Shown: positions 1 through 12,781, numbered from the whole stretch's first letter. The stretch is DNA of 63,096 bases, filler included, from Chiloscyllium plagiosum (GCF_004010195.1; 5 parts of one record of this genome joined end to end with filler, not necessarily neighbours in it); one strand, 5' to 3'. The notes: a model not told the origin generated them from the sequence alone. Program-made: numbers and translations.

Positions 1-23
1 GCTGCAGGGAGGAGGAGGGGGGG

Positions 24-1228
24 TCAGTGAGTTGGAGGGTGGAGTGGGGACAGTCACTGAGCTGGAGGGTGGAGGAGGACAGTCAGTGAGCTGGAGGATG
101 GAGAGGGGACAGTCAGTGAGCTGGACGGTGGAGTGGGGACAGTCAGTGGGCTGGACGGTGGAGTGGGGACAGTCAGTGAGCTGGAGGGCAGAGGAGGGAC
201 AGTCAGTGAGCTAGTGGATGGAGTAGGTACAGACATGTGGACTGGAGGGTGGAGTGTGGACAGTCAGTGGGCTGGAGGGTGGAGTGGGGACAATCAGTGA
301 GCTGGAAGATGGAGTGAGGTCAGTGAGTGAGTTGGAGGGTGGAGCAGGGACAGTCAGTGAGCTGGAGGGTGGAGTGAGGTCAGTCAGTGAGCTTGAGGGT
401 GTACTGGGGACAGTCAGTGGGCTGGAGGGTAGCGTAGGGACCGTCAGTGAGCTGGAGGCTGGAGTTGGGACAGTAACTGAGCTCCAAGGTGGAGTGAGGA
501 CGGTCAGTGGCCTGGAGGGCAAAGGTGGACAGTCAGTGAGCTGGAGGGTGGAGTGGGGACAGTCATTGAGGTGGAGGGTGGTGTGGGGACAGTCAGTGGG
601 CTGGAGGGTGGAGTGGGGACAGTCAGTGAGCTGGAGGGTGGAGTGGGGACAGTCGGTGAGCTGGAGGGTGGAGTAGAGACAGTCAGTGGGCTGGAGGGTG
701 GAGTGGGGACAGTCAGTGAGCTGGAGGGTGGAGTAGGGACAGTCAGTGAGCTGGAAGGTGGAGTAGGGACAGTCAGTGAGCTGGAGAGTGGAGTGGGGAC
801 AGTCAGTGGGCTGGAGGGTGGAGTGTGTACAGTCAGTGAGCTGGAGGGTGGAGTAGGGACAGTCAGTGAGCTGGAGGGTGGAGTGGGGACAGTCAGTGAG
901 CTGGAGGGTGGAGTAGGGACAGTCAGTGGGCTGGAGGGTGGAGTAGGGACAGTCAGTGAGCTGGAGGGTAGCGTAGGGACCGTCAGTGAGCTGGAGGCTG
1001 GAGTTGGGACAGTAACTGAGCTCCAAGGTGGAGTGAGGACGGTCAGTGGCCTGGAGGGCAAAGGTGGACAGTCAGTGAGCTGGAGGGTGGAGTGGGGACA
1101 GTCAGTGAGCTGGAGGGTGGAGTGGGGACAGTCAGTGAGCTGGAAGGTGGTGGGTCAGTCATTGAGCTGGAGGGTGGAGTAGGGACAGTCAGTGAGCTGG
1201 AGGGTGGAGTAGGGACAGTCAGTGGGTT
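24..1228. repeat. G-rich minisatellite, 30-bp unit GTCAGTGAGCTGGAGGGTGGAGTGGGGACA, about 40 copies
   Basis: Direct tandem repetition with 30-bp period; accounts for all periodic ORFs in 32-1304. Confidence 0.95.
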
Positions 1229-2764
1229 GTTAGCCGGAGTTAGGCCGTACCATTGTTGGACTGGGGACCATGTGGGTGGTCAGCGGTTTGCAAGCCCGTT
1301 TTGACTATGTGGGAAAGCCCCCTGCGCTGATCTACTGCAGGCCCTTTCTAGGAAGACTGTAGTGTTTACCTTTCTAACTTTATTTTTAATTTTTTCTAAC
1401 ATATATCATGAAACTGTCAATAATGTAACTTTTTTCCTTTAATTTTCCCTTTATTTTTCTATGTTATATCTAAGATCTGTACCTCGGTTCTTTGCACCCA
1501 AGGTGGGCACCATATTGGGTGACATGGTAATATTTCACTGTCCTCCTGTGTACATGTGACAATAAGGATATTCTGTTCTATTGCATGCAGCAGTCAGTTA
1601 GTTGGTTGTTTAACATGGAAAGGAGCAAGCTCAAAGAAATCATTGTTATGAAAAAGGACTGTTAGAACTTTGATATGCAAGGGGAAAGAAGAATTCAATG
1701 TTTTGTTTTGATTGCTTATTATAACATATATTAGTTTGTTTAAAAATATTACAAGGGAATACGTGATCATCTAATATAGTCTGAAAGGATGCCTGAAAAT
1801 GAGGGAACATGTAATGGATATAGTTAAAGGTTAATGTGTGTGCATTGTTTGTATAAATATGAGGAGTTAGTTATCAGTTAAACAGTGTTTAAGTTTTATG
1901 GAGCATATTTAACTGAAATAACGGTTTCACTAAAAGTGTGGACTTGGACTCTGTTCAAAGACATCTATCATCTCATGTCTAACATGAATCTGCTCTTCTT
2001 GTCCTTCTAGAATGTCGAAGTCATGGCTTTGGAATGTGCTGTAAAAGCAACCTTGATGAGTTGTTGCCGGGCATCTTGTAGTTGGCACACACTGCTGCCA
2101 CTGAGTCAGTGCTTAAGGAACAGTTAAGGTTAGGCACGAGGTGCTGATCAAGAATTCTGCATTGTCCTAGATGCTGTGAAGTGTTACCAGTAAAATGTAG
2201 AGCGTTACCAGTTCTGAAATCTACAGAACAGACATACAGGCTGAGGGTATAAAACAAGCGACCAACCCGAACCTGGCCCATTCCTGTGGATCACAACAAG
2301 TTAAAAGTCAGGTTGGTACATTTCTATCCAGCACACTAGCTCAGTCTGTCTGCCTGGTCGTCTATTTTCTCAATGTATTCACTCTGTTACTCCTACACTC
2401 TTGGAATGAGATCAGTTGTGTGACAACTTTGGCTTGCTGTTGCTCAGCAGAGACTGGAAGCAAAACGCTTGTGGATCCTGGACAATGTTAAACGAGACAA
2501 CAACCATTGCCAATATTATGGAGCAGCTGTTACTCTCTGAATAACAGTCACCACCACCCCACTATGGCTCCCCTCTAGGCTCAGAATTCCCTCCCATTCC
2601 ACTCATATTTAATTATTAACTGAAACAAGTGCATTTCTAAGCTTACAATTAAAACAATATGCCCTTTCAGATAAATTGAGCTTGTGGTTACAGTTAAGTG
2701 CATTGCAGGTCGGAATCATTCTCACCTTTACATTTTTATATCTCTATCTGGATTAATGGGGGGC

Positions 2765-3510
2765 GGGTGGGTATTATCACTAGACGATTACTCCAGAAAT
2801 TCAGCTAGTTTCTGGGGAACCCAAGTTCAAATCCTGCCCCGAAATCATACCTTTGAGACAATGTCCCAGACACTACCATCACCTCCCTGGATATGTCCTG
2901 TCCCATTGGCAGGACAGACCCAGCAGAGGTGGTAGCACAGTGGGATACCATCAGAAGGAAGTTGCCCTGGGAGTTCTCAACATTCACTCCAGACCCGATG
3001 AAGTCTTATGGCTCCAGGTTAAGCAAGGGCAAGGAAGCTTCCTGCTGATCACCACGTACCGTCCTCCCTCGGTTAATGAATCAGTACTCATCCATGTTGA
3101 ACAACAGTTGGAGAAAGCACTGAGAGTGACAAGGGATTTCCATATTTCACCCCCCCCCACCCCCACCACATCCACAAGCATCCACTCCATCCACCACCGA
3201 CATTCAGTAGCAGCAGTGTGCACTATCTACATGATACTAGAAATTCAACGAAGGTCCTTAAACAGCACCTTCCAAACCATGATCACTTCTATCTAGTAAG
3301 ATAAAGGCAGTAGATTCATAGGAACACCGTCACCTGCGAGTTCCCCTCCAAGCCATCCTGACTTGGAAATATACCACCATTCATTCCCTGTTGGTGGGTC
3401 AAAATCCTGAAATTCCCTCCCTGGTGAATCAACCTACAGTACATGAATTGCAGCGGTTCAAAAGCGGAACTCACCACCACCTTCTCAAGAGCAACTGGGG
3501 ATGGGCAATG
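2765..3510 (+). mobile_element. Internally deleted non-LTR retroelement (CR1/L2-clade, second family): SINE-like head, APE endonuclease fragment, then 3' end
   Basis: PGYVLSHWQDRPSRGG...LLITTYRPPS (APE-like) joins almost directly to SIHHRHSVAAVCTIY. The same 3' end recurs at about 8400, 26770, 30890 and 44050. Confidence 0.75.
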
Positions 3511-4369
3511 ACCACGCTTGAATTTAAAAAAAAATCACATTCAATTGCCAACATTGCTTTTGTCTTTACCACACAACTAAAATCAACTTGTTCTTACATT
3601 TTTGATTCATATGATGTTGGCATCAGTGATAAAACTAGCATTTATTGTCCGTCCTGATTGCTTTTGTGCATGAGGTGTTTGCTAGGCCATTGTATGGCTC
3701 TTAACTGCCCTCCAAAGGTTGCCGAGCAAGCCATCCAGTTTTATTCTCGAAGAAAGCTCACCACTACTTCCTGAACAGCAGCCGGTTTTGGGCAATAAAG
3801 CCAGTCTTTGCAATAAAATCCATGTCCAATGATGGACTAAAAAAGCAAATGGATAGGATAGTCATTAAATGAGTTCCTCCTGATCCAAACAGTAGTGAGA
3901 ACGTGGAACTAGCTGTCAAATGTTCAGAGTTGAGGAGGATAGCATAGTTGTATTTGAGGAGAAGCTAGATAAGCACATTATGGAGAAAAGAATTGAAGGA
4001 TACACAAAAGGATGAGATGAAGATGGATGGGGATAGGCTTGTGAAGCACAAACACGAGTTTAGTCAAGTTGACCAGTTTCTCCACGGAAAGTTCAATTTA
4101 ATGAAATGAGTGGTACTTTCCCGCAATGACTGATCAAACAATCTCATTAAAAGAAGGCTTCACAGTTAGGAAATCCCTCATCAGCACAGTTGAATTGACC
4201 AAAGTACAATCTCAAGTCAGTGAAGGTCAAAGACAGACTGAATAACCTGTTGGAATAATAAGTGCAAGCGTCTAGAAAAAAATTATTTTCTTTACTTTAC
4301 CTTCTTAATCAATGAAGTTTGAGAGCCCTGCTTTTGTAAATATATGGCCACAATAATGATGCTGACATG

Positions 4370-5000
4370 AAATTGTTCCAGTACAGAAGGGAGCTATTTG
4401 GCGAGTCTATGACAACTTTCCATGATGCAGTCTCGTCAATCTCATTTCCCCTGCTCATTTCTCATTGGTCAGCAAGTTTATTTCCCTTAAAGAGTCACCA
4501 AATTTCCTTTGAAATGATTCATCATCTCTGCTTCGACCATTCTTGTGGATAGCAAATTCCATGTCATTACCACTTCCTGCATTTGTAAAAACAGTTCTTC
4601 CTCACAGCCACCTTCTTATTCTCTAGCCTAAGATCCATGTCCCTAACCATTACGCCATCAGCTAATGGGAACATCTTTTCTTTGTCTATCTGATCTAATC
4701 CTTTAATAAATACATACACATGGAGCAAATCTCCCCTGAACCTCTTTCTCTCCAAGGAGAACAATGCCAGTTTTTCCAACCTAACCTTTTAGCTAAAATC
4801 CCTGAAAAAGGAAGCAAACTGTTCTGATAAATTTCCCTTGCATCCTATTAAAGAACCTCACATCCTTCCTAAGGTGTGTCACAAATGGAGCTTTAAAAAG
4901 ATTCTGTATAATTTCCCTACTTGTGTACTCAGCTCCTCAATTTATGAAGCCTGACAGACTATCTGCTTTGGTAATTACTCCTTAAGAATGTATAACTACC
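4370..5000 (-). mobile_element. Degenerate CR1 LINE 3' fragment
   Basis: LALFSLERKRFRGDL...KGLDQIDKEKMFPL matches the CR1 ORF2 C-terminus. Confidence 0.8.
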
Positions 5001-7247
5001 TTCAAGATCCATGACCATAAACCCCCGGAACAAGAATTGAAAATCACTCTGCATCACAAATCAGCCTTCCAGCCAACTGAGCTAACCTGTTTTTCAATTT
5101 AGTGACATCTGACTGAAAGGATGGTGGCAAGAAAAATGTCCAACAGCATTATCCTGTCCCATGTCATTATGCCCAGCATTGAGACATTTATCACTCAAAA
5201 TTATCTCACTGGGAAGTATATGTCCATATACCAGACTCCTGAAATAACTGCATTAACTCAGCCATGGCTGAAGACTCCCAGGAGTACATTGGTAACATTT
5301 GGTATCACCACCCACTTGATAGCATCCTTGAAGATGATGACTGACCAAAATGGAAAGGGTTTTTCAAGGTGACACAAAACACGCAAATAATTCATTGGAA
5401 GCACATACACAGAAAGTTGAGATACCAAGGTTTACACACCAAACCTCCAGAGATCTCATCTACCCAACTCTCCCATTTGGCCTGGATATGTTGGTATGTA
5501 GATCATAGACTGGACTTAGCAGCCCTTTGTAATCCATCAAACCAAAATGGAAACAAATCAATCCCAAGGGACTGCCCAACAATGGAAGAGGCTAATGTAA
5601 TCTGTGTTGATACACTATCCACCTGACTTGGCTAAATATCCTTTCAAAACCTAGTTTTGCAATAATCTATCACACCTGATTTAAAATTATTAATTGAATG
5701 AGCATCTAATGTATTGCATAGAAGAGCTCTATCTCTCACCCTTTATACAAAGTGTTTCCCAACTGCTTTCCTGAATGACCTGGCCTTGATATGAAAATTT
5801 TGTATACTTTTAAACTTTTGCCATAGGGAATTTTGTTTCTTTCCATCTAATCCTAATAAGTCATTTCAAAACCCTGACAGACGTCAGTCATATTGCCTCA
5901 AACTATTGGAATGGTGGAGATGAAAATTCTGGCAGCATTTACAGTTGAATGTTGCAATTGTTTTTCTGGTTGAATGATTATGTGTGAGAATAAGTCAATG
6001 GCTTCCCATCAAAGTGATTCATTGTGGCCTGTGTGGCAAATGCAGTATACTCTCTTTGTAATTGACAGAAGACATTAACCAATAAAGTGATTCAGCATGT
6101 GTTTTAATTGAATGTCATTTTGAATGAAAACAACACATTAATCCCATTTTATCTCGACAGTGTTACCTCCATGGAAGCTGTCTGATCTATTGTGATCTTC
6201 AGCATTTGTTGCTTTCAGTACAGATTCCAGCGTCTGCAGTAATTTGCTCCTACTCTTATCTAATCTATCCTTGTAGCTCTGAGATTGCTCTGAAATATGT
6301 ATAATTTCTTAACACAGGAAATCACAGTCTTAACTTGATACTGAGAAAGGTATCCAAAAACCTGATGGAAGAAGTAGCATTTAATGAGTGCATTATGGAG
6401 GATAGGGAGATGTGCAAAGGTGTAAGAGAAAATCCTCGAGTCTAAAGCCCAGAGAACAATGGCAAATGATTAAAACAAGGCAAGTGCATGAGGGCAGCAC
6501 TGGAAGAATGCAGTATTGTCAGAGTTATAAGGCTGTACAAGATTGCAAAGATATTTGGGTGGGTGAGTGAGTGGGTCGGACTGGAGTGAAAGGTGGGGAG
6601 GGTCTATTGGCAGATTCGAAAACAAGTGTGAGAAGTTTAAATTTGAAGTATTGCTAGAGCAGCAGTCAATGTTGATCAGGATGTAGTGCAGGCTGGGATG
6701 AATTCTACTTTATGGAAGTTTGGTTGCAGCATATTGGATTAGGCAATTCTGGACATAATGAAAGCATAGAGGTTGAGGAATCTAGGCAGTTTCATTTCAC
6801 AACTAATACAAGTCATCATCTCATGCCAACACTTGTCATTAAAATCCAAATTGGTATCAATATGTTTCTTGGTAAATCTCACCTCAGACTTTTAACAGAT
6901 GAAATGAAGAATCTTTGACACTTGCTTGGTAGCACAGAACTTAATTATTACCACAAAGAGAGTTATGTTTCAGAAGTCTTACACTCATCGAAGCAAAAAA
7001 ATGCTAAATTTCAAATGCTTACAATAATTTTAGCTCAGGAAATATCTCTAAGGGAGATTAATAAATGGTGAAAAGTTATGCACTGTGAAGGATCAGGGAG
7101 ATTTGGGAATCCAAACACCAAAATCACCAGAAGTTAATGGATAAGTACAAAAACAATGAAAAAAGGTTAATGATCATTATCTCAAAAGGGCTGCAATCCA
7201 AGAGTTGTGAAAATTATGTTACAGTCGTATAGAGCTCAGAATATTTC

Positions 7248-7455
7248 AAAGTTAAAAATCATGCAACACCAGGTTATAGTCCAACAGGTTTATTTGGAAT
7301 CACTAGCTTTTGAAGCACTGCTTTTTCATCACCACCTGATGAAGAAACAATGTTTCGAAAGCTAGTGATTCCAAATAAACCTGTTGGACTATAACCTTGG
7401 TGTTGTGTGATTCTTAACTTTGTACACCTCAATCCAACACCGGCACCTCCAAATC
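7248..7455. mobile_element. Palindromic PLE-derived mini-element with TSD, inserted in an old CR1 fragment
   Basis: About 84-bp imperfect inverted arms (7248-7331 and 7337-7421). TCAGAATATTTCAA is repeated at 7236-7249 and 7454-7467. Same family as 36027-36210. Confidence 0.85.
7336..7364 (+). ncRNA. Minimal type I hammerhead ribozyme motif
   Basis: CUGAUGA-A-[GAAAC AAU GUUUC]-GAAAG-CUA with CAC/GUG stem I and a palindromic AGCU in place of stem III. Confidence 0.65.
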
Positions 7456-9844
7456 AGAATATTTCAAGAATTGTGTTCAGTCCTGGCATGATGGCTCGGG
7501 GAGGATGTATTGGCCATAGTGAGAATAAAGCATAGATTCACCAGAACTGTGTCAGGGCTATAACAATTAAAATGTGAGCACAGCTGCATAGATATTTTTC
7601 CTAAACAATGTATCCAGAGATATAATGACTCATCCTCCGGAGTAGGTGAAATTTGAACCCAGGCCTCTTATTCGAGGAAGGAATGGAATCACCAGACCAC
7701 AAAGGTCCTTCCTAGGGTGTATTCCTGTCAGTATGAGAGATTAATTGTGGTTGTTTAGATAGGAGAAGAAGTATTTCCTGTTGTTGTTGTTAGGAGACTG
7801 GGGGAAGAGACCAAACCAAGGCATTACAGCCACATCATTCACAGATGATATCCGTAATAACTTCCTCGCACAAGATATTGGAAATCTGGAACTTCCACCC
7901 ACTCTGTAGGGTGTAGTTCAATTGAAAACAGATTATTAGAATTTGACCTTGATAAGGATATTAAGGATTAAAGAACTAAGATGGCTGGATGGAATTAAGA
8001 TGCATGTCAATCATAATGTTGTTCATCTGTCTGTTATCAGCCTAGGGGCTCATGTAGTGCAGTGATAGTGTCACTACCTATGAACCAGGAGGCCTGCATT
8101 CAACTTGCACTTGCTCTAATGGTATGCAAACGCACCTCTGAAGAGGTTGATTTGAAAAACATCTATTCAAATGAAAATATATTCATCCCTGGCATTCAGA
8201 ATGGATTCAAATGCCTCTATTGTGTTCATTCATAGCAGAAGTCCTAAGGCACATTCTATTCAGAATCAGAAATAGGACTTCAAGATGCCTTTTTGGAGGA
8301 AATTATTTTAAGCTACTTGCAACTACAGTGCTAACATCTTACATCATTTGTCGTACTAGAATTCCTCATGTCAACAAAGCACCTCGCAAACCTGTGGCCT
8401 CTATCATCTAGAAAAACAAGGGCAGCAGGCACATGAGAAAAGAAGTTACCACCTGCAAGTTTACCTCCAAATCACACATTGTCCTGACCTGGAAATACAT
8501 TGCCCTACCTCACTGTTTCTGGATCGAAACACTGGAATTTCATTCCTAAGAGCACCGAGGGTCTAGCCACTCTAGCCAGTGCTAGACTAGCCAAAAAGAC
8601 CCACATCCTATGAATGAATAAATAGAAGGAACTTACAAAGAGTTTCTATTCAATGTAATGTTTTAGAAATCCAAAATATACATACTATCACATTTGTCTC
8701 TGCTCTACTTTAATTCACTCATAGGATGTGGACATCTTTGGCAAGATACATATTCCACTTGCCCTTGAGAGGTTGGTGGTGAGCCACTTCCTTGAACACA
8801 ACCAAAGGTGTGCCATGCTATTTCAGAGGGCAGTTTCGTGCCACACACATTGCTGTGGATCTGGAATCACGTAGGTGAGTCCAAGTAAGAACAGTTGGTT
8901 TCTTTCTCTAATGGAAATCAGTGAAACAGTTCTATTTTATTACCAGGACTATTTAATCTAAATTGGATTGAATTCATAGAATTGTTAAATTGCCCAGCTG
9001 CCAGGTTGGGATTCACTTCTGTTTAACTGAGTGGCTTACTCCCTGGAGCACCTAGAAGCATGTGCTATATAAAGGTAAACGGTTCATTTTACATAAATAA
9101 GGTTAATTATCAAGTATCAATAATTATGTGAGGTTTTATTTTGTTATATAATTGCTCAACTGTCTGATACATGTCAGTCTGGCCACTCTTCAGGCTAGAT
9201 CATTATTTATTCCAAACTAACACCAGAAAGAGAAATAGTTAATTCACCTCAAAGTTCACTGAGAGAGGTTGTCATGCCTGAAGTGGCTGCTGCACTTCTT
9301 GCATTACAACAGCAACCATCCTTCAAAAAGAGTTACTTTTGACTGGAAAGCACATTGGTATGTCCTGAATTTATGGTAGGTACTTTATTAACACAGGACT
9401 TTCTCTCCCTAAGTATACACCATTCTGTTCCATCTTGAGTTTACTTTGCCAACAAACTGCTCTGCTTATAATGTCTAATTGGAAAGTCATCCCATTCTTT
9501 ACAGTTAGGGACAGGTGGTTCAATCCATCAGTGTTTCAAAACCTTGTCCACTCCAGCATGTGGTGCTCATTTATCACTTGTGACAATTTACAAAAGCATA
9601 GAACTTCCAAATATAATAAAAGAATTATTAAAAATGTTATCTCCATGTTCCAGGAATATTTCACAAAATGTTACCGTGTAATCAGGCAGTTTTAACTCAC
9701 TGAATTCTTATGTTCCACTTGAGATGCTTAGGGTTCAACAGTAATTGAGTTCCATGCGGCAGAGAGGATTAAGTGGAGATTTCATGGATGAAAACAATGT
9801 TATTGAGTTTTGATTGAATGAACTAGAGAAACAGCACCAAGAGG

Positions 9845-10310
9845 ATCACTAATCAAAGGAGGTCATGTTGCGCCTGTACAGGACACTAGTTAGGCCACTG
9901 TCGGGCTATTGTGTGCAATTCTGGTCTCCTTCCTATCAGAAAGATGTTGTGAAACTTAAAAGGATTCAGAAAAGATTTACATGGATGTTGGGGCAACCTT
10001 TTCACGCGGAGGGTGGTACATGTATGGAATGAGCTGCCAGAGGAAGTGGTGGAGGTTAGTATGACTTAAGGTACTGTCATTAGTAAAGGCCAAAATAGAA
10101 TAGGAAGAGTATTTTTAATGGAGTGAATTATGATCTGGAATGCACTGCCAAAGGACAACTTTTCAAAAGTGAATTGGATACATGTTTGAAAAATAAATGA
10201 AGTGGGGATAAGGGGAAAGAGCAAGGGATTGAGTCTAATTGATAGCTCTTTCAAGGAGTAAGTACAGGTTCTATGGGCCGAATGGCTTCCTTTGTGCTGC
10301 ATCATTCTAT
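9845..10310 (+). mobile_element. CR1 LINE 3' fragments
   Basis: EVMLRLYRTLVRPL..YCVQFWSP motif followed by CR1-type 3' UTR. Confidence 0.8.
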
Positions 10311-10886
10311 GATTCGGGCCAACCCAACATTAGGTAGGGAGTGTTAACGTGACTTATTTTTATTTCTTTAGAGGAAATACATCCAGTGCTCATTAAATCT
10401 GTATTGCAGACATCAGATAGGGATGTATACATGTCGAGTATGTAGCACCTAATACATAATAAAGTTGTTTGTGATAATTCTTGGAAGATCTTGAGATTGG
10501 AAACGAGCTTGTGTCTCAAACTAGAACCTGAGCTTTAAGGCATATACTAAGCATCAGCCAGCACTTCCCGAGTATAAGCTTGACAATAGAAGACACTCCT
10601 TTATCTCAGACCCCATCTGTGCTCCACAAATGCAGAAACCCACAGTAACAGGTTCAAAGTTAAGGGTGATGACTTGTTCATATCTAAATTTAAAATACAC
10701 ACGAGACAACCCGGGCATGATAAACAATTTGTCCCTGCAAGGTCTAATCCACTTTTAAAAATCTGCCCCGTCCCTGGCTCCATCACAGGTTGTGGCGGTG
10801 GCTGTTGGAGTATTCAACTGATACATGACAATTAGCGTCCAAGACAGCCGATTCCGGCTACCATCACACACAAAACAGCAATGCAT

Positions 10887-10900
10887 CTGCCAGAGGGCGC
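10887..10900 (+). promoter_or_regulatory. Candidate CTCF site in MAMDC2-like intron 2
   Basis: CTGCCAGAGGGCGC matches the CCRSYAGRKGGCRS core at 13/14 positions and lies in apparently unique sequence. Confidence 0.4.
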
Positions 10901-11158
10901 TTTGGAAAGTGCACAAGAGCCTGAAACGTTAATGAGTTGCAAAACTTCAAACCCTTTCAAATGCTGTGCCTGAACTGCTCCTGCTCACGGAGGTTCAGAG
11001 AGAACAGTGGATTGTGTAACATCCCACTCAATAATTGTTTCGCTCCTTTCGTGTTGATGCACCTCTTTCCCAGTTGCTCACGGAATGAGCATCTATTGCA
11101 GAATTTGCTCTTGAATATAATCGACTGGCGCTTTAGCATCGGCGCAGTATTTGCCTAC

Positions 11159-11275
11159 CTTGTAAATTCACGATCCATGGATCATTCCTGGGATCTGACT
11201 CGTATCCACAAGTGCCATCCTCAAAATCGCACGAACCGTTACTTCCAAAAATATCGGCATTACCAAACTGTACGA
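11159..11275 (-). CDS. MAMDC2: MAMDC2-like coding exon 2: end of signal peptide and start of first MAM domain
   Basis: 117 nt, aaag acceptor and G|gtaggc donor, phase 1-1. Encodes (V)VQFGNADIFGSNGSCDFEDGTCGYESDPRNDPWIVNLQ(G), similar to human MAMDC2 AGSCAFEESTCGFDSVLASLPWILNEE(G) as recalled. Orthologue versus paralogue not resolvable. Confidence 0.8.
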
Positions 11276-11499
11276 CTTTTCACAGACCACACACACACAG
11301 AGGTAAATAAATACATGCATAAAATACAAGGGAAGAAGAATAAACAAAGTTAAAAATGTAACAAATTCAAAATGATTGCTTATTTTTTCAAAAAAGACTC
11401 TTACCTTGCAGATCCCAAACTGTTACTTTTTTACAGGTGCAGAACGTAAGCTGTTTATGGACTGTATGCTAATATAGAAATACTTTAGTGAACATTTAC

Positions 11500-11530
11500 C
11501 GTGTAGAATTAAAAACATGAGAGGCGTCAT
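11500..11530 (-). CDS. MAMDC2: MAMDC2-like coding exon 1 (signal peptide start MTPLMFLILH)
   Basis: gccATG Kozak context, hydrophobic peptide, G|gtaaat phase-1 donor that splices in frame to exon 2. Confidence 0.65.
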
Positions 11531-11694
11531 GGCGTATGGTTAAGATCCAAAGTTGTCATCCACTGTTGTAATTCAAACTTTCCTTAAACTCAGTGTCATT
11601 CAGCAGTTCAGCAGCTTGGAGTTCAGCAAAAAGATAGGCTGGGACGAGAGAGAGAAGCGAGCTGCTTTGTTCCTGTCAGATTGAGGAGCAGAGA

Positions 11695-11790
11695 TATCCC
11701 ACGGGGCGGAGAGAATGCTAAGGGAAAAAAAAGTAAATGATTTCCAGATTGGCGGGATACACCTACCCAAATAGAAGCAGCTTGGCGGTT
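11695..11790 (-). promoter_or_regulatory. Probable proximal promoter of the MAMDC2-like gene
   Basis: GC box GGGGCGG near 11703 and CCAAT on the minus strand near 11748, about 170-220 nt upstream of the ATG in repeat-free sequence. Confidence 0.45.
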
Positions 11791-12781
11791 GTTAAAATAA
11801 AACACTGTTAGCAGAGTGAAGGATAGTTAACACCTAACTGACTTCTGTGGTTACTGCACATTCAAAGATTGACAAAGGCTGCCTTTCTGTCGTTTCCTCG
11901 TCAGAAGCCCCTCTCCTTAGGAAGTCCACTGATCATTTGCAAAGAGGCATAGTTTTTTAGCAGCTGACCATTATAGTTGGTTGATACAAGGCGACTGTGC
12001 ATTCCCTTTCAAGTCGAGAACAGTTTTGTCATTGTCAAGGGAGGGAGAAAGCGCGAGAGCAGGGTAAGGAGGTGGGGGTCAAAGTTTGAGTGTTCTTGGT
12101 AATGCTGATTTCCAAAGCAATTTCTCTCTGCTCTCACTGTCATAAGATGACAAAGCCTCGTTTATTAAACACGCAGAAAACGTTTCTCAGTGCTTTCACA
12201 CTGCTGCCAATTTTTGCTTGTTAAAGGGGATCAGATTCTATCTGTCCAGCCCACTTTCTAGGCGCTGTTGTTTGCTGCCAAATTATTTGGGAGCCAGTGA
12301 TACATTTCACATCGAGATGGGTCCTTGTGTTAGGAGTTGGAACTGAGGACACTACACCGTGATTAAAAAAAACAATGCATGTTTGATTCTTGACATAGCT
12401 CCACAAGTTACTAGGAGAGAAGGCGCAACACAGTACTTAAGGAATAAGTTTGCATTTTCCTTGACTAATATCACAGTGAAGGGAAAAGCAATAGAGAAAT
12501 TACATTGGATAATAGATGTAGAGTGGAAGGAAAATATCAAGGCAGGCAGGGGTACGGTCACTAACTCTGCACTCAAAACTCGAGTTCAAGTTCCATTGTA
12601 ATTGAGATGTGCCCTAACATCATCAGACTTTCATTGTGAAAAATCTAAACAAGTTACTCAATTGAATAGGATGCATCTTAGATCGCTGAGATATAAAGTA
12701 AAGGTGGAAATTGCAGAGCCTCTTACCACAATTTTCCCCTTCAGGTTGGATATGGACCAAAGCAGTGGAGGATTGTCATAA

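Noticed and set aside
32..1304. Long periodic ORFs on both strands
   Set aside because: By-products of a 30-bp repeat that lacks stops in several frames; no splice or start context.
10937..11353. 138-aa plus-strand ORF
   Set aside because: Overlaps the real minus-strand MAM exon; no recognisable domain.
11437..11445. Plus-strand 9-nt microexon (ttttttacag|GTGCAGAAC|gtaagc)
   Set aside because: Good splice signals but antisense to the MAMDC2-like intron, with no partner plus-strand exons identified.
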